Shown here: one piece after another, positions 10,581-19,950 of the stretch
How positions within the stretch are numbered: position 1 is the first letter of the stretch
Layout: each line of letters opens with the position of its first letter
IMG/VR virus record: IMGVR_UViG_3300025012_000046
Location: 1 to 64,000 of that record
Source: a virus
Reading direction: 5' to 3' (one strand)
Length of the DNA stretch: 64,000 nucleotides
Position numbers and translations under genes: made by a program
Notes under the pieces: generated by a model
The model's database searches: none
The model's input: only the letters and a program-made list of their open reading frames with translations
Told to the model about the DNA's origin: nothing

Positions 10581-11111
10581 ATGAGAGGCGATACCGAAAT
10601 CAACAGCAGCGAACAGATTATTGATTCAAGAGACGTTATAGAGCGGATTGCTTACCTTGAGGATGAGCTTCAGTCTGGTTATGAAGACTTCAAAGAAGAG
10701 TTTAGGGATGACTACGACGATTATGTTGATGCGTATACTGGTGACATGGAAGATATGTTGGACTTTGAAGACTGGGCTGAGAAGTCTCCTAAGATAAAGT
10801 CTTTCGATGACTGGAAAAGTGACCAAGAAGAGCTTTCAGGCCAGTATTCTGACGAAGTAGAAGAGCTTAATAAGCTGCAAGCGCTTGAGGATGAGTGCAA
10901 TTGGGGAGACTGGAAGTACGGCACTCCGTTGATCAGAGACGATTACTTTGAGGATTATGCACAGGAGCTTGCTGAAGACTGTGGAGATTACGACTCTAGG
11001 AACGTAAGATGGCCATATACCTGTATCGACTGGAAAATGGCCGCTGATGAGCTAAAAATGGATTATACATCCGTTGAATTTGATGGGGAGACGTTCTGGC
11101 TGCGTAGCTAA
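10581..11111 (+). CDS. ArdA-like acidic antirestriction (DNA-mimic) protein
   Basis: very D/E-rich; C-terminal FEDYAQELAED...IDWKMAADELKMDY resembles the ArdA C-terminal domain. Confidence 0.6.
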   Translation: MRGDTEINSSEQIIDSRDVIERIAYLEDELQSGYEDFKEEFRDDYDDYVDAYTGDMEDMLDFEDWAEKSPKIKSFDDWKSDQEELSGQYSDEVEELNKLQALEDECNWGDWKYGTPLIRDDYFEDYAQELAEDCGDYDSRNVRWPYTCIDWKMAADELKMDYTSVEFDGETFWLRS

Positions 11112-11121
11112 TTACTTAGCT
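11106..11121. promoter_or_regulatory. palindromic site AGCTAATTACTTAGCT
   Basis: exact copy of 4863; contains the TAA stop of the ArdA-like gene. Confidence 0.7.
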
Positions 11122-11162
11122 GCTTCGCTTCGCTCAGACAGCCGTACAGACAGGAGGATAAA

Positions 11163-11690
11163 ATGCCAACAAAAAGAGTGATTGAACAGATGGTCTACAC
11201 TTACGAAGAGCTTTCCGATAAAGCTAAAGAGAAGGTCTTGGATAAGCATTACTACCATAATGTTGACTACGACTGGTGGGACGCTGTTTACGACGATGCT
11301 GAGATGGTTGGTATTAAGATCGAAGGTTTTGACACTGATCGTGGTGCTTACTGCAAAATCAGGTTTATGGGTGGCGCAGAAGAGACAGCTCATAAGATAG
11401 TGGATGAACACGGCGATATGTGCGAAACCTACAAAACAGCTAAGGCTTATCTTGAAGCTAGAGATAAACTGGTAGATGAGTGGCCGAGGGATGAAGACGG
11501 TGAGCTTGAGGATGAGTATGGGCTGGATGATAAGCTGGACGATCTTGACGGCGAGTTTAAGCATGATATTTCAGAAGACTACAGGATAAACTTGCAAAAA
11601 GAGTATGAATATTTGACTAGCAGAGAGGCTATTGAGGAAAGCATTTTGAATGGAGATTTCGAGTTTGATGAGGAGGGTAATGAGATATGA
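11163..11690 (+). CDS. highly acidic phage protein, possible DNA mimic
   Basis: AGGAGG RBS; VYTYEELSDKAKEK and EYEYLTSREAIEESI...FEFDEEG motifs. Confidence 0.65.
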   Translation: MPTKRVIEQMVYTYEELSDKAKEKVLDKHYYHNVDYDWWDAVYDDAEMVGIKIEGFDTDRGAYCKIRFMGGAEETAHKIVDEHGDMCETYKTAKAYLEARDKLVDEWPRDEDGELEDEYGLDDKLDDLDGEFKHDISEDYRINLQKEYEYLTSREAIEESILNGDFEFDEEGNEI

Positions 11691-11833
11691 GAGTAAGATG
11701 CTGGAAATGCAACCAAGTCTTCAAGGCAAAAGTGCCAGAGAACAGAGTATTTGACTGTGTTAGAAATAACGGCTTCAGTGTAGACTGTACTCACTGTGGG
11801 ATTGACAACGGAATAGTTATTTGCGTGAGCTAG
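11687..11833 (+). CDS. Zn-ribbon microprotein (48 aa, below the track cut-off)
   Basis: ATGA overlap; CWKC...CTHC. Confidence 0.55.
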   Translation: MRVRCWKCNQVFKAKVPENRVFDCVRNNGFSVDCTHCGIDNGIVICVS

Positions 11834-12132
11834 AAAGGAAAACTATGATAAACTCTTACGATGATTTAAAAGACATAACACAAGAGTTTTACGTAATTAC
11901 TTACCGGGCAGAGTTGGAAGGAATTACCCGGCTTTGTTACCTAATGCACCGTAATAAACCTTTGTTCTTTTTCAAACATGAAGACGCTAAGAGTTATTTT
12001 GAGACATATGAAGTAGACACAGTAAACGATGGTTGGTTCCCGTGGAAGAAAGGTAAGTTGTTTTACCCAGATGCCAAAATTGTTAGAGCTACTTTATCAA
12101 ACTTTGAAGTAGTAGAGTGAAAGGAAACTAAA

Positions 12133-12348
12133 ATGAAAATTAAAGTAATACACTCACAACACAGAAGAGATTTTGATGCAACCTACGTCTGCGAACACTG
12201 CGGATATGAAGAAAAGGGATACGGGTACGATGATGACTATTTTCACAATTCAGTTATTCCTAACATGGAATGTAAGAATTGTGGTAAGAAAGGCTCTGAG
12301 GATTATAGACCATTGTCAACTAAATATCCAGAAGGGATGGTGGTCTAG
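12133..12348 (+). CDS. Zn-ribbon protein
   Basis: CEHC...CKNC; GAAAGGA RBS. Confidence 0.7.
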   Translation: MKIKVIHSQHRRDFDATYVCEHCGYEEKGYGYDDDYFHNSVIPNMECKNCGKKGSEDYRPLSTKYPEGMVV

Positions 12349-12725
12349 TGAGTAAATATATGGAAAGAGATAAGTTTTTGACTGAGCAGTTGGGGGAGTG
12401 TTGGCATAAAGCAATAAAAAAACTACCAGCAGCAGGATACACTCACCTTGGAGTTTGTAAATGTGGAGCATGGAGTGAGCTAAAAGGTAGAGACTACGCA
12501 CACATACCATTTACGTTTCTGCAACAAAATGATTTCTCCACATGGGACGGCTTCGGCAAGCTTTGGGAGTGGAGCAAGAAGCAGCGGTGGTTTACTAAGG
12601 TAATACTTTTTAGGCGCTATGGAGACGAAGAACAGTTAGTACTGTATCCTACGATGGTTGACCCAGATAACTTCGCAAATGCAGTCTACAAATTCTTAAG
12701 AGAGAAAGGAGAATCAGATGTGTGA
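12348..12725 (+). CDS. hypothetical protein
   Basis: GECWH...CKCG; FSTWDGFGKLWEW. Confidence 0.6.
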   Translation: MSKYMERDKFLTEQLGECWHKAIKKLPAAGYTHLGVCKCGAWSELKGRDYAHIPFTFLQQNDFSTWDGFGKLWEWSKKQRWFTKVILFRRYGDEEQLVLYPTMVDPDNFANAVYKFLREKGESDV

Positions 12726-13261
12726 CCAATGTAACAAAAATGTTCCAACCAATAACTACAGGATAGGCGGAATGGTGTTCAAATTCTGTAGCGAAAGATG
12801 TAAGTACGACTTTAAAGCCACGCTTGATATTATGATAGGCAAACTAACTGATGAAGTCAAATCATGGAAAGTGAGGGCTGCGTGATGGAATGTCCAAAAT
12901 GTAAACATAAAATAGAAATCTATCCTATAGAGCTATACTTAGCAAGTGACGATTCTTTTATCTCTTGCTCTAAAGACTGCCCTAACTGTAAAGCTGAGCT
13001 TACTTTTTACTGGGATTTTAACGGTACTTTCGTGGAGGAAAATTAAAATGAAAATTAAACGCATTATCGACACTAGGCCTTACTCAGACCATCCAGGCGA
13101 CAACTATCTATCTTACGTACTGTGTGAGATAGAAAACAAAGCTACACCTTACGTAGTGTGGCTGCACAACTCTGAGGATGGTGGTTATTACGAAGGCAGG
13201 TACTACTTTAGGGAAGACTATGAAGCAGCTATAACTGATTTCTTAAACAGAGGCAACTAGT

Positions 13262-13543
13262 ATGCTGCCTAAAAAACTGGCAGAACGCAAACACGCTAAG
13301 AGAAGGTTCAGTGAAAGGTACGGAGAGACTATAAACCGGAAGCAGTACAAAGAGTTTATATCTTACATACAAGGCACAGTTCCAGATCACGTTAGCGTTG
13401 AGTTTTTGAAGAAGAGTAGCAATCGCACTAGCCTATTTCGGATAATAAAGAGCGACGTAGAATACATCGTAGTTTACGACAGGGAGCGGAAGGAAATTGT
13501 GACCTTTCTGTTGCCTGAATATTTGGAGGGGAAAGATGGCTAA
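13262..13543 (+). CDS. hypothetical protein, possible RelE/BrnT-like RNase fold
   Basis: HAKRRFSER and C-terminal YIVVYDRERKEIVTFL pattern. Confidence 0.4.
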   Translation: MLPKKLAERKHAKRRFSERYGETINRKQYKEFISYIQGTVPDHVSVEFLKKSSNRTSLFRIIKSDVEYIVVYDRERKEIVTFLLPEYLEGKDG

Positions 13544-13823
13544 CTGGAAATACACGCTGGATATTAAAGACATTTGGGCAAAGCTGGAAAATGATGAGCT
13601 TACACCACATGAAGGCGCAAAGCTGATCAGCGCGAAGCTTAACGAGTTGTATAGTGAGATGGAAGGTAACGTTGAGTCTTATATAACCGATGCTTTATCA
13701 GACATAGCGTGTGATTTTGAGTACATGGATGAATATGCTACTGTGGATGATTTTGATTGGCTTATGGACGACCTTTATACTTGGGCCGACCCTGGCCATC
13801 TGTGTTGGGTAATGACGCGTTAG
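13536..13823 (+). CDS. acidic hypothetical protein
   Basis: GGAGGGG RBS; FDWLMDDLYTWAD. Confidence 0.65.
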   Translation: MANWKYTLDIKDIWAKLENDELTPHEGAKLISAKLNELYSEMEGNVESYITDALSDIACDFEYMDEYATVDDFDWLMDDLYTWADPGHLCWVMTR

Positions 13824-14021
13824 AGGAGCATTTATGAAAATTATATCGTGCGGAAACTGCGGAGTCCTGTTAGATACAGATAGGATACCAAAACCAGATA
13901 TTGAAAACGAAGATGGCAGTATAAATAATGAAGTAGCGGAGTGGAATAGTGGTGATTTTTACCCGACTATATCTTGCCCGTGTTGTAAAGATAGAATATT
14001 TTACAACGACGGAGACATGTG

Positions 14022-14050
14022 TTGACAAATTAATGTATGAATAGTAAGCT
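14022..14050 (+). promoter_or_regulatory. sigma70-type promoter
   Basis: TTGACA-17 bp-TAAGCT. Confidence 0.65.
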
Positions 14051-14060
14051 ATATCCAACT

Positions 14061-14077
14061 TAGGCAACCAAACCCAA
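14061..14077. repeat. left arm of a 17-bp perfect inverted repeat (TAGGCAACCAAACCCAA)
   Basis: exact reverse complement of 14475-14491. Confidence 0.9.
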
Positions 14078-14107
14078 ACTAACCCAAAACTAAAAAGGAG
14101 AAACAAA

Positions 14108-14467
14108 ATGAACGCACAAACGACTACCGTTAAAAGAACTGCCCGTAAAGCTGTCGAAGAAGCTGGTATTATGAATGCTGGACCGGCTAAGCGCAAGATA
14201 AACATGACCCCTGAGCAGATTCTGGCTAGGAACAAGAAGATTTCTGAAACCCGTTCGCGCAACTCTCAGGCTAAGCGGTCAATCGCTATGGCTGCTAAAG
14301 TACACACGGCTACTGGAGAACTTTCTGTGTTCGAAGCAGCTAAGCAAATAGCTGAGCAACTGCGCTCCTTTTCGTGGAATGCTAGGCCGCATAAAGATGA
14401 GCTTTCTGCTGTTAGCGAACTTAGGAACGTGGCTGAGGACTTTGTTAAATTCTTCGGTAAGAAGTGA
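14108..14467 (+). CDS. basic 119-aa protein, possibly nucleic-acid binding
   Basis: AAAAGGAG RBS; K/R/A-rich; own promoter; flanked by the inverted repeat. Confidence 0.75.
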   Translation: MNAQTTTVKRTARKAVEEAGIMNAGPAKRKINMTPEQILARNKKISETRSRNSQAKRSIAMAAKVHTATGELSVFEAAKQIAEQLRSFSWNARPHKDELSAVSELRNVAEDFVKFFGKK

Positions 14468-14474
14468 AACCAAA

Positions 14475-14491
14475 TTGGGTTTGGTTGCCTA
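14475..14491. repeat. right arm of the 17-bp inverted repeat (TTGGGTTTGGTTGCCTA)
   Basis: 7 nt after the stop of 14108..14467; followed by GATTATTTTT. Confidence 0.9.
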
Positions 14492-14657
14492 GATTATTTT
14501 TGGAGGATTTTGTGATGGAGTTACGCTGTATGAAGTGTGGGTTTTTGTCGCATAATTCATGGATGACGGTAGTGTACGACCCTAAGCGCCCTAAAGGTGC
14601 GCCTAAGAAGAATTATGTGATAGGCTATTTATGTGAGACTTGCGAGAGGAGTTAACG

Positions 14658-14791
14658 ATGCCCATAACAAATAAGTTCTACGGATGGAATATTTACTGTA
14701 AACGTTGCCATACTGAGAGAACAGTTATAGACGACATTGAGGGAATGGTGAGAATCCTGTGTATTGTCCTCAGTGTGGGGAGATGTTATGA
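14658..14791 (+). pseudogene. frameshifted Zn-ribbon microprotein (or sequencing error)
   Basis: CKRC and CPQC halves in different frames; one extra base near GAGGGAAT (~14741) restores an ORF ending in an ATGA overlap with the next gene. Confidence 0.45.
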
Positions 14792-15108
14792 TAGGATATA
14801 AACTATTCAGAAAGCTGAAAGATGGGCAGATCGCGCCACTATTTATCAACAAGAAGCTGCGGATACCTGAAGGTGTATGGATGCCAGCTGAGAATCATCC
14901 TACCAAGGGCTATGCTGTGCGTCCCGGTTGGCATGTACTGGCAAGACCACATGCACCACACCTGAGCACTAAAGGTAGAGTGTGGCGGAAAGTTGAGGTT
15001 GAGGACTTTCAGGAATTCGTTAGGCCTGAGTCACAGGGAGGTAAATGGTACTTGGCGAAAAAGATGCGAGTTTTGTGTGGTGAAATTTGCCTTGACAAAA
15101 ATTTTTGA
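14788..15108 (+). CDS. conserved phage hypothetical protein
   Basis: YKLFRK...PLFIN...HPTKGYAVRPGWH motif; ATGA-overlap start. Confidence 0.7.
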   Translation: MIGYKLFRKLKDGQIAPLFINKKLRIPEGVWMPAENHPTKGYAVRPGWHVLARPHAPHLSTKGRVWRKVEVEDFQEFVRPESQGGKWYLAKKMRVLCGEICLDKNF

Positions 15109-15120
15109 AAATGGTATAAT
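15092..15120 (+). promoter_or_regulatory. sigma70-type promoter
   Basis: TTGACA-17-TATAAT, TG extended -10, followed by GCGCCA. Confidence 0.85.
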
Positions 15121-15566
15121 GCGCCATATTTTAATGAAATGAGGTCTAAAAATGTCCAGACAAATTATTAAGCAGCCTAACGGATTGTACGCAGTTTTTA
15201 GTTCTATAGTGGATGGTTTTATTTTAACTAACGCATATCCTTCGGAAATAATAGAGGAATTTGTAGAAGAACATCGTGAAAAAATTACTGAGGATGTAAC
15301 CAACATATGTACCAAGCTTGACAGAAATGAAAAGCCGTATTATCAGTTTACTATGTCATGGGAAGAAGCGCTGGAAGAACATAAAATACATTTTGGTGAT
15401 TTGGAGGAAGAGGTATGATAACTATTTGCGGAAATGATGTAACAATGTCGGTAGAAGATTACGAGGAACTTGCAGAAGACTGTAAGATTCTCAATGCTTT
15501 GAGACGTGCTGGTGTTGATAATTGGGAATTTTGGGACGATGCTATGGAACTTTTGGAGGATTAAAT

Positions 15567-16178
15567 TTGACAGCACAAAGAACTAAACCAAAACACAAGC
15601 TTAAGTGGTACAAATCGAAACAGTTTTACCAAGTACTTGTTTTCATGTTGTTTGTTATGTTTATTGGGTCCGTTGCTTACTTCCAGTCCGTTGTAACTGA
15701 AGATAAAGCTCAACTATCACAGCTGAAACAGTCTAACAGAAATACTTTAAAACTGGCCGCATACATACAGTATAAGAACCCTAAAGTGTGGCCTAGCCTT
15801 GCAACTGAGATAGCAACAGGGATTGTAACAGCAGCTTCACAGCATAAAGTACCTTTAGATATTCTTGTAGGGCTTGTAGAGCATGAGAGCGGGTTCAACG
15901 TCTTTGCTGTCAGTAAAACAAATGCTGCTGGGCTGGCACAGGTTGACTTCGATGCCTGGAAGGAAGAGTTTAAGGTGTCGAATAAGTACGAGCCGTCTGT
16001 GAACGTTCAGTGTGGTGCGTGGATTCTTGCTAAACATATCCATGAGGTAAAGCTTAAGAAAGGGTTACAGATTTATAACTCTGGAATAGGCAACTATCGA
16101 AAGGGTGTTATTAGCAAAGACTACGTGAGCAAAGTGTATGAGTACGCTAGTGAGTATAGATACTATCAGGCGATATAG
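15567..16178 (+). CDS. lytic transglycosylase (SLT domain) with an N-terminal membrane anchor
   Basis: HESGFN catalytic Glu, AAGLAQV, NVQCGAWIL and YNSG motifs; hydrophobic segment VLVFMLFVMFIGSVAYF; TTG start after GGAGGA. Confidence 0.85.
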   Translation: MTAQRTKPKHKLKWYKSKQFYQVLVFMLFVMFIGSVAYFQSVVTEDKAQLSQLKQSNRNTLKLAAYIQYKNPKVWPSLATEIATGIVTAASQHKVPLDILVGLVEHESGFNVFAVSKTNAAGLAQVDFDAWKEEFKVSNKYEPSVNVQCGAWILAKHIHEVKLKKGLQIYNSGIGNYRKGVISKDYVSKVYEYASEYRYYQAI

Positions 16179-17052
16179 GAGCTTTTGTGAAAACACCTAA
16201 AGAAAAGTATATGAACGATCCTGAGTATCATCATCTGGTATCTATGCTTGAGAGCTTAATTGAGCAGGCTAGGTTCACTCCGTCCGAGCTTAGAGAAGCT
16301 TGTGTCTTGGCCAGTATTAACTACGAGATGAGGCACATAAGAAGCGCCCAGATTGACCCAAGATTATGTGATGCTATAGAGACGTTAGACCGTTGGGCAA
16401 GTAAAAACGCAAGTATAAGGAGATAAATATGTATAATACGGATGAGGTAGATGTGATTAGTTTAGTTCAGAAGGAAATTGATAAGCTAAGTATTAAGGTT
16501 GACGCGTATAATAGCAACTACATAGAAGTAAGTTTATGGTACGGCGGATACTGTATAGACTACTGCACAAAAGATTTTACTGGAGATAAACATGACATTT
16601 AATGAGGCTAGAGAGAAGCTTAGGGAGTTTGCTGCGGGTAAAAATGAGAACTACATAGCTTTATCTTATGAGCTAACAGAGTCACACGGAGAAATATACG
16701 AGACAAAATGTAGCATGTATTTCAACACTGGCGGCTTGTTTATAGCACCTACTTGGGAAAAAGCTTATGAAAAGATGGTGGAACACTTCACCCCAAAGGA
16801 ACCTTTAACACCTGACGGAGCGCCTGAAGAGGAGGATGTATGACATTCGATGAAGTAAAAATAGAGGTTAATAATTTACTTAATAAGATGATGGAACAGG
16901 ACTCTAAAGTACTGATGGTAGTTGGGCTGTGTAGTCCAGAGCAGATAGATACTGTTGTAGGTGGCTACGGATCAGACAAAGATATTTTTGACACTGTTGT
17001 ATCTCTTATGGCTAGGTTTGACGAGGAAACAGGCACACAAACCTTCTTGTCT

Positions 17053-17073
17053 GGTGGTGGTGGTGGTGGTGGT
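17053..17073 (+). repeat. (GGT)7 microsatellite encoding poly-Gly
   Basis: seen directly, inside ORF 16840..17112. Confidence 0.9.
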
Positions 17074-17333
17074 GGGGCTGTGGATGGGGAAAATGGAGGG
17101 TATTTAAATTGAAAGAGTATAGTTTTGAGCACGCTAAGGCACTCTTAAGGGATAGGAAATGTAAAGGCATTAAACATAAGACTTGGGGCAAGGCTGACGA
17201 CGTGTTGGTATTTAGAGCTGACGGTGAATTATACTGGTTAGGCGCAGAATGGTATAATACTGATTACTTTGTTGATTGGAGAGAGTTCGGTTGGATTCTA
17301 ATAGAACCTAATTTTAACGAGGAGGAAGAGCAA

Positions 17334-17708
17334 GTGGTTAAAGCTGAATGTACGTACCCGCTAACGGTAATCACCCAGTATATCTACAGGAACAGAAATG
17401 GTAATCGCGCTAAGGCTGGGTTGTTGGTGGCATTCAATAACGGGAACAAAGACACAGTTAAGTTTGGGTATTCGGTTTGCGCTAAGTCTGATAAGTTTGA
17501 CAAGGATAAAGCTTGGTCTATCGCTATGGGTAGGGCTGAAAAAGGCTCTGGCAACGCTTACCCACCTTCTATAGCGAAGGATGTACGGGCTTTTAAGGGC
17601 AGGGTTGAGAAGTATTTTAAAGGATGTAGTAATGATATTTCTGAAACTCCTGTTAAAGAGCTTAAGCTGTCCGAGATATTTAACAGGGTAGAAGGGTGGT
17701 ACTATTAA
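17334..17708 (+). CDS. conserved phage hypothetical protein (second half of track ORF 17109..17708)
   Basis: internal GAGGAGG RBS and GTG; GYSVCAKSDKFDK...IAMGRA motif. Confidence 0.55.
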   Translation: MVKAECTYPLTVITQYIYRNRNGNRAKAGLLVAFNNGNKDTVKFGYSVCAKSDKFDKDKAWSIAMGRAEKGSGNAYPPSIAKDVRAFKGRVEKYFKGCSNDISETPVKELKLSEIFNRVEGWYY

Positions 17709-17709
17709 T

Positions 17710-17901
17710 ATGTGGCTAGCTAGAGATAAGTGTGGGGAACTTTGTTTATACCTTGATAAACCTGATAAGGACGACACATGTTGGATTAACTTTGACGCCG
17801 ATTTTGTGAGCCTTGGGTTTACCTACGCATTTCCAGAAGTGAAGTGGGAAGACTTTGAACCAACTGAAGTTGAAATAACAATCAAAAGGAGACAGCCATG
17901 A
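17710..17901 (+). CDS. MWLARD-family small protein, paralogue of 28091..28303
   Basis: shared MWLARD...G.L.L and FPE(V/I)KWE motifs. Confidence 0.7.
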   Translation: MWLARDKCGELCLYLDKPDKDDTCWINFDADFVSLGFTYAFPEVKWEDFEPTEVEITIKRRQP

Positions 17902-18284
17902 GCACAAAAACTATCGAACAGGTTTTGACGATCAACGTAGACCAAGACATGAAGGTTTTCCTTCAGGAGTTTTTGGATCAGGCTTTGGCTCAGCACAAGG
18001 CTAGTACTGCTGTAGCTAAGTGTAGCAAAGATTTGGCCGATCTTCAGGCCGAACTTAAACAGACCAAAGCCAGCGTTGGGGTAGCCTTCAGGAAAGCTGC
18101 TACGGATAAAGTGACAGATAAATCTGTAGAACAGCATGTAGATGATCATGAAGACGTTGTTAGGCTTAAGTCTGCCATTATCGAAAAAGACTTTGAACTT
18201 GACATGCTGAAGGCAGATGCTGAGGCGCTTAGGCAGAAGTGTGAGATGCTTCGTTGTATCGTGGATTCTACCAAAAAGAGGTGA
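17898..18284 (+). CDS. coiled-coil protein, UvsY-like recombination mediator (tentative)
   Basis: KVTDKSVEQHVDDHEDV...ALRQKCEMLR pattern. Confidence 0.4.
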   Translation: MSTKTIEQVLTINVDQDMKVFLQEFLDQALAQHKASTAVAKCSKDLADLQAELKQTKASVGVAFRKAATDKVTDKSVEQHVDDHEDVVRLKSAIIEKDFELDMLKADAEALRQKCEMLRCIVDSTKKR

Positions 18285-19950
18285 ATATGCGACTAGAATC
18301 ACCAGAGTATGGGTGGGAAGAGCAAACCTATTATAGAGTTCAAGTTTCAAATTTTGAAGGAAACCCTTACCATGACTCTATACTGTACATTGGGTTTTTA
18401 CAAAACGACGGCTCTCCTGGTGGGTATTCGGGGTTAATGTCTACATGTGAAGATTACCACTGGAGAGACTTGAGCAGACTAGGTAGAAACTGTATTATTC
18501 GTAAGCCTATTAAATTGTTTACAAGTAAAAGCTATTATTAGGAGACAACTATGTATGAAGCTATGATGTTACGAAAGGTTGCCACTCTTGCGGGTGTGGT
18601 AACTCCCGAGTCAGAAGAGGCGTTGATATTTAATTCTGGAAGCATTCTGAGCAAAGTTTCGTTGGTGCTTGAGAAACTTTTTGAAAATAACCAACAACTT
18701 AGAGCCACGCTGAAAGAAGTTTCTGGTTGCTGCGTAGAACACAATACACCAAAGCTTTGTGAAGGCTGTCTTATATCTATAAACAGAGCGTTAACGGGGA
18801 TTGAGTAAATGAGTACAGCGCACTTAGCCGTTAAACTACTTTTCTATGGTACTGCGACAGTTAGTGCGCTGTATCTAATCTATATTATGTATAGGAAATG
18901 GTGATATTATGAAAGTAGAACTGAACGAAGGTGATATTCAGCGCGTAGCTGATATAGTGACAGAAAAAATACGTGAAGTTATCATTAAGGCCGCTGTCAG
19001 TGACTCACATTTTGAGGCTATGGTAGAAAAGGGCAAAGAACAAGCTATTAGGATGTATGGAGATTTAAATTCTAACAATGGTGTGCATGAAGTTTTAGAG
19101 CGTAAAGTTGCGGATATATGTAGAGAGGACTTGCGCTATGTAATTAGGACTGAACTGGAAGAACTTATTGGTGACAACGATAAACTACAAAGACTCTTAT
19201 TTAAGTATCTACTTGAAGGCGTAATAGACAAAGCTAAAGGTTTAGCATACAAAGTTAATTGTGGTGACGACGACGACTAAACTTAAACAGGAAATGGTGA
19301 TGGACAATCCATGTGTAGGTTGTAGAGATTCTTGGTCAGCTGGGAGGAAAACTAGCTGCCATGATTTTTGTGACAAATTTATCAAGTGGCAAAGTGACAA
19401 TAACTTGAAATGATCTGGAGGTCAGCGTGGTAGCAGAATTTGTGGCTCAATTCAAAGGAGATAATCAGTACTGGCGTATGTTGCTTAAAGACTATCCTAA
19501 GATGATAAAGGAAAGTGACCGATTCGCAAAACGAATGTTGAGCCATGATTACGGTGATGTAATCGCTAAGCAGTTTAGGAATTATGTGAGAGAGAAGATT
19601 GGGTTTGACGAGAATGGTGAACTAAGAGGAGATAAAGGTGAAACGATTTCCAGAGCGGCATAAAAGTTACGACATGTGTCCTGATTGTGGTAAGCGCTCA
19701 GTACGTGCTAAGGAAATGTGGGAAGGTGGCGGAATTGTTTGTATGACTCCAGGCTGCGGTTACTGGTTTTGTTACTAAAGGAGAAATTAATGTTCGGTAG
19801 TGTAGATTTTTGGATAGCTTATAACTTTATTTTTATCTATTGGAACGCTTTTACTTTCAGCCTGTCACAGAGCCTATTTAATATGTTCTGTGCTGTACTA
19901 CATACGGTTATATTTTGCTTTTTTGTGAATGAACTGGAGAAAAAGAGTAA

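Noticed and set aside
1501-11121. Palindromes as a CRISPR or TIGR array, integron attC sites or CIRCE boxes
   Set aside because: Spacing is irregular (hundreds to thousands of bp); there are no RYYYAAC/GTTRRRY ends and no cas, integrase or Nop-domain gene; arm order and spacer differ from CIRCE (TTAGCACTC-N9-GAGTGCTAA).
14464-14514. N-terminal extension MKPNWVWLPRLF of track ORF 14464..14655
   Set aside because: The GGAGG RBS points to a start at 14512/14515; the extension is just the translated inverted-repeat arm.
17053-17076. Poly-Gly tract as a functional contingency locus
   Set aside because: A triplet repeat does not shift frame, lies in a low-complexity C-terminal tail and may be an assembly expansion.
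1828-17708. Apparent two-domain fusion proteins (1828..2268, 2766..3176, 17109..17708)
   Set aside because: Each has an internal RBS and start codon, and a stop appears just upstream if one base is added to a homopolymer; better explained as two genes plus an indel.
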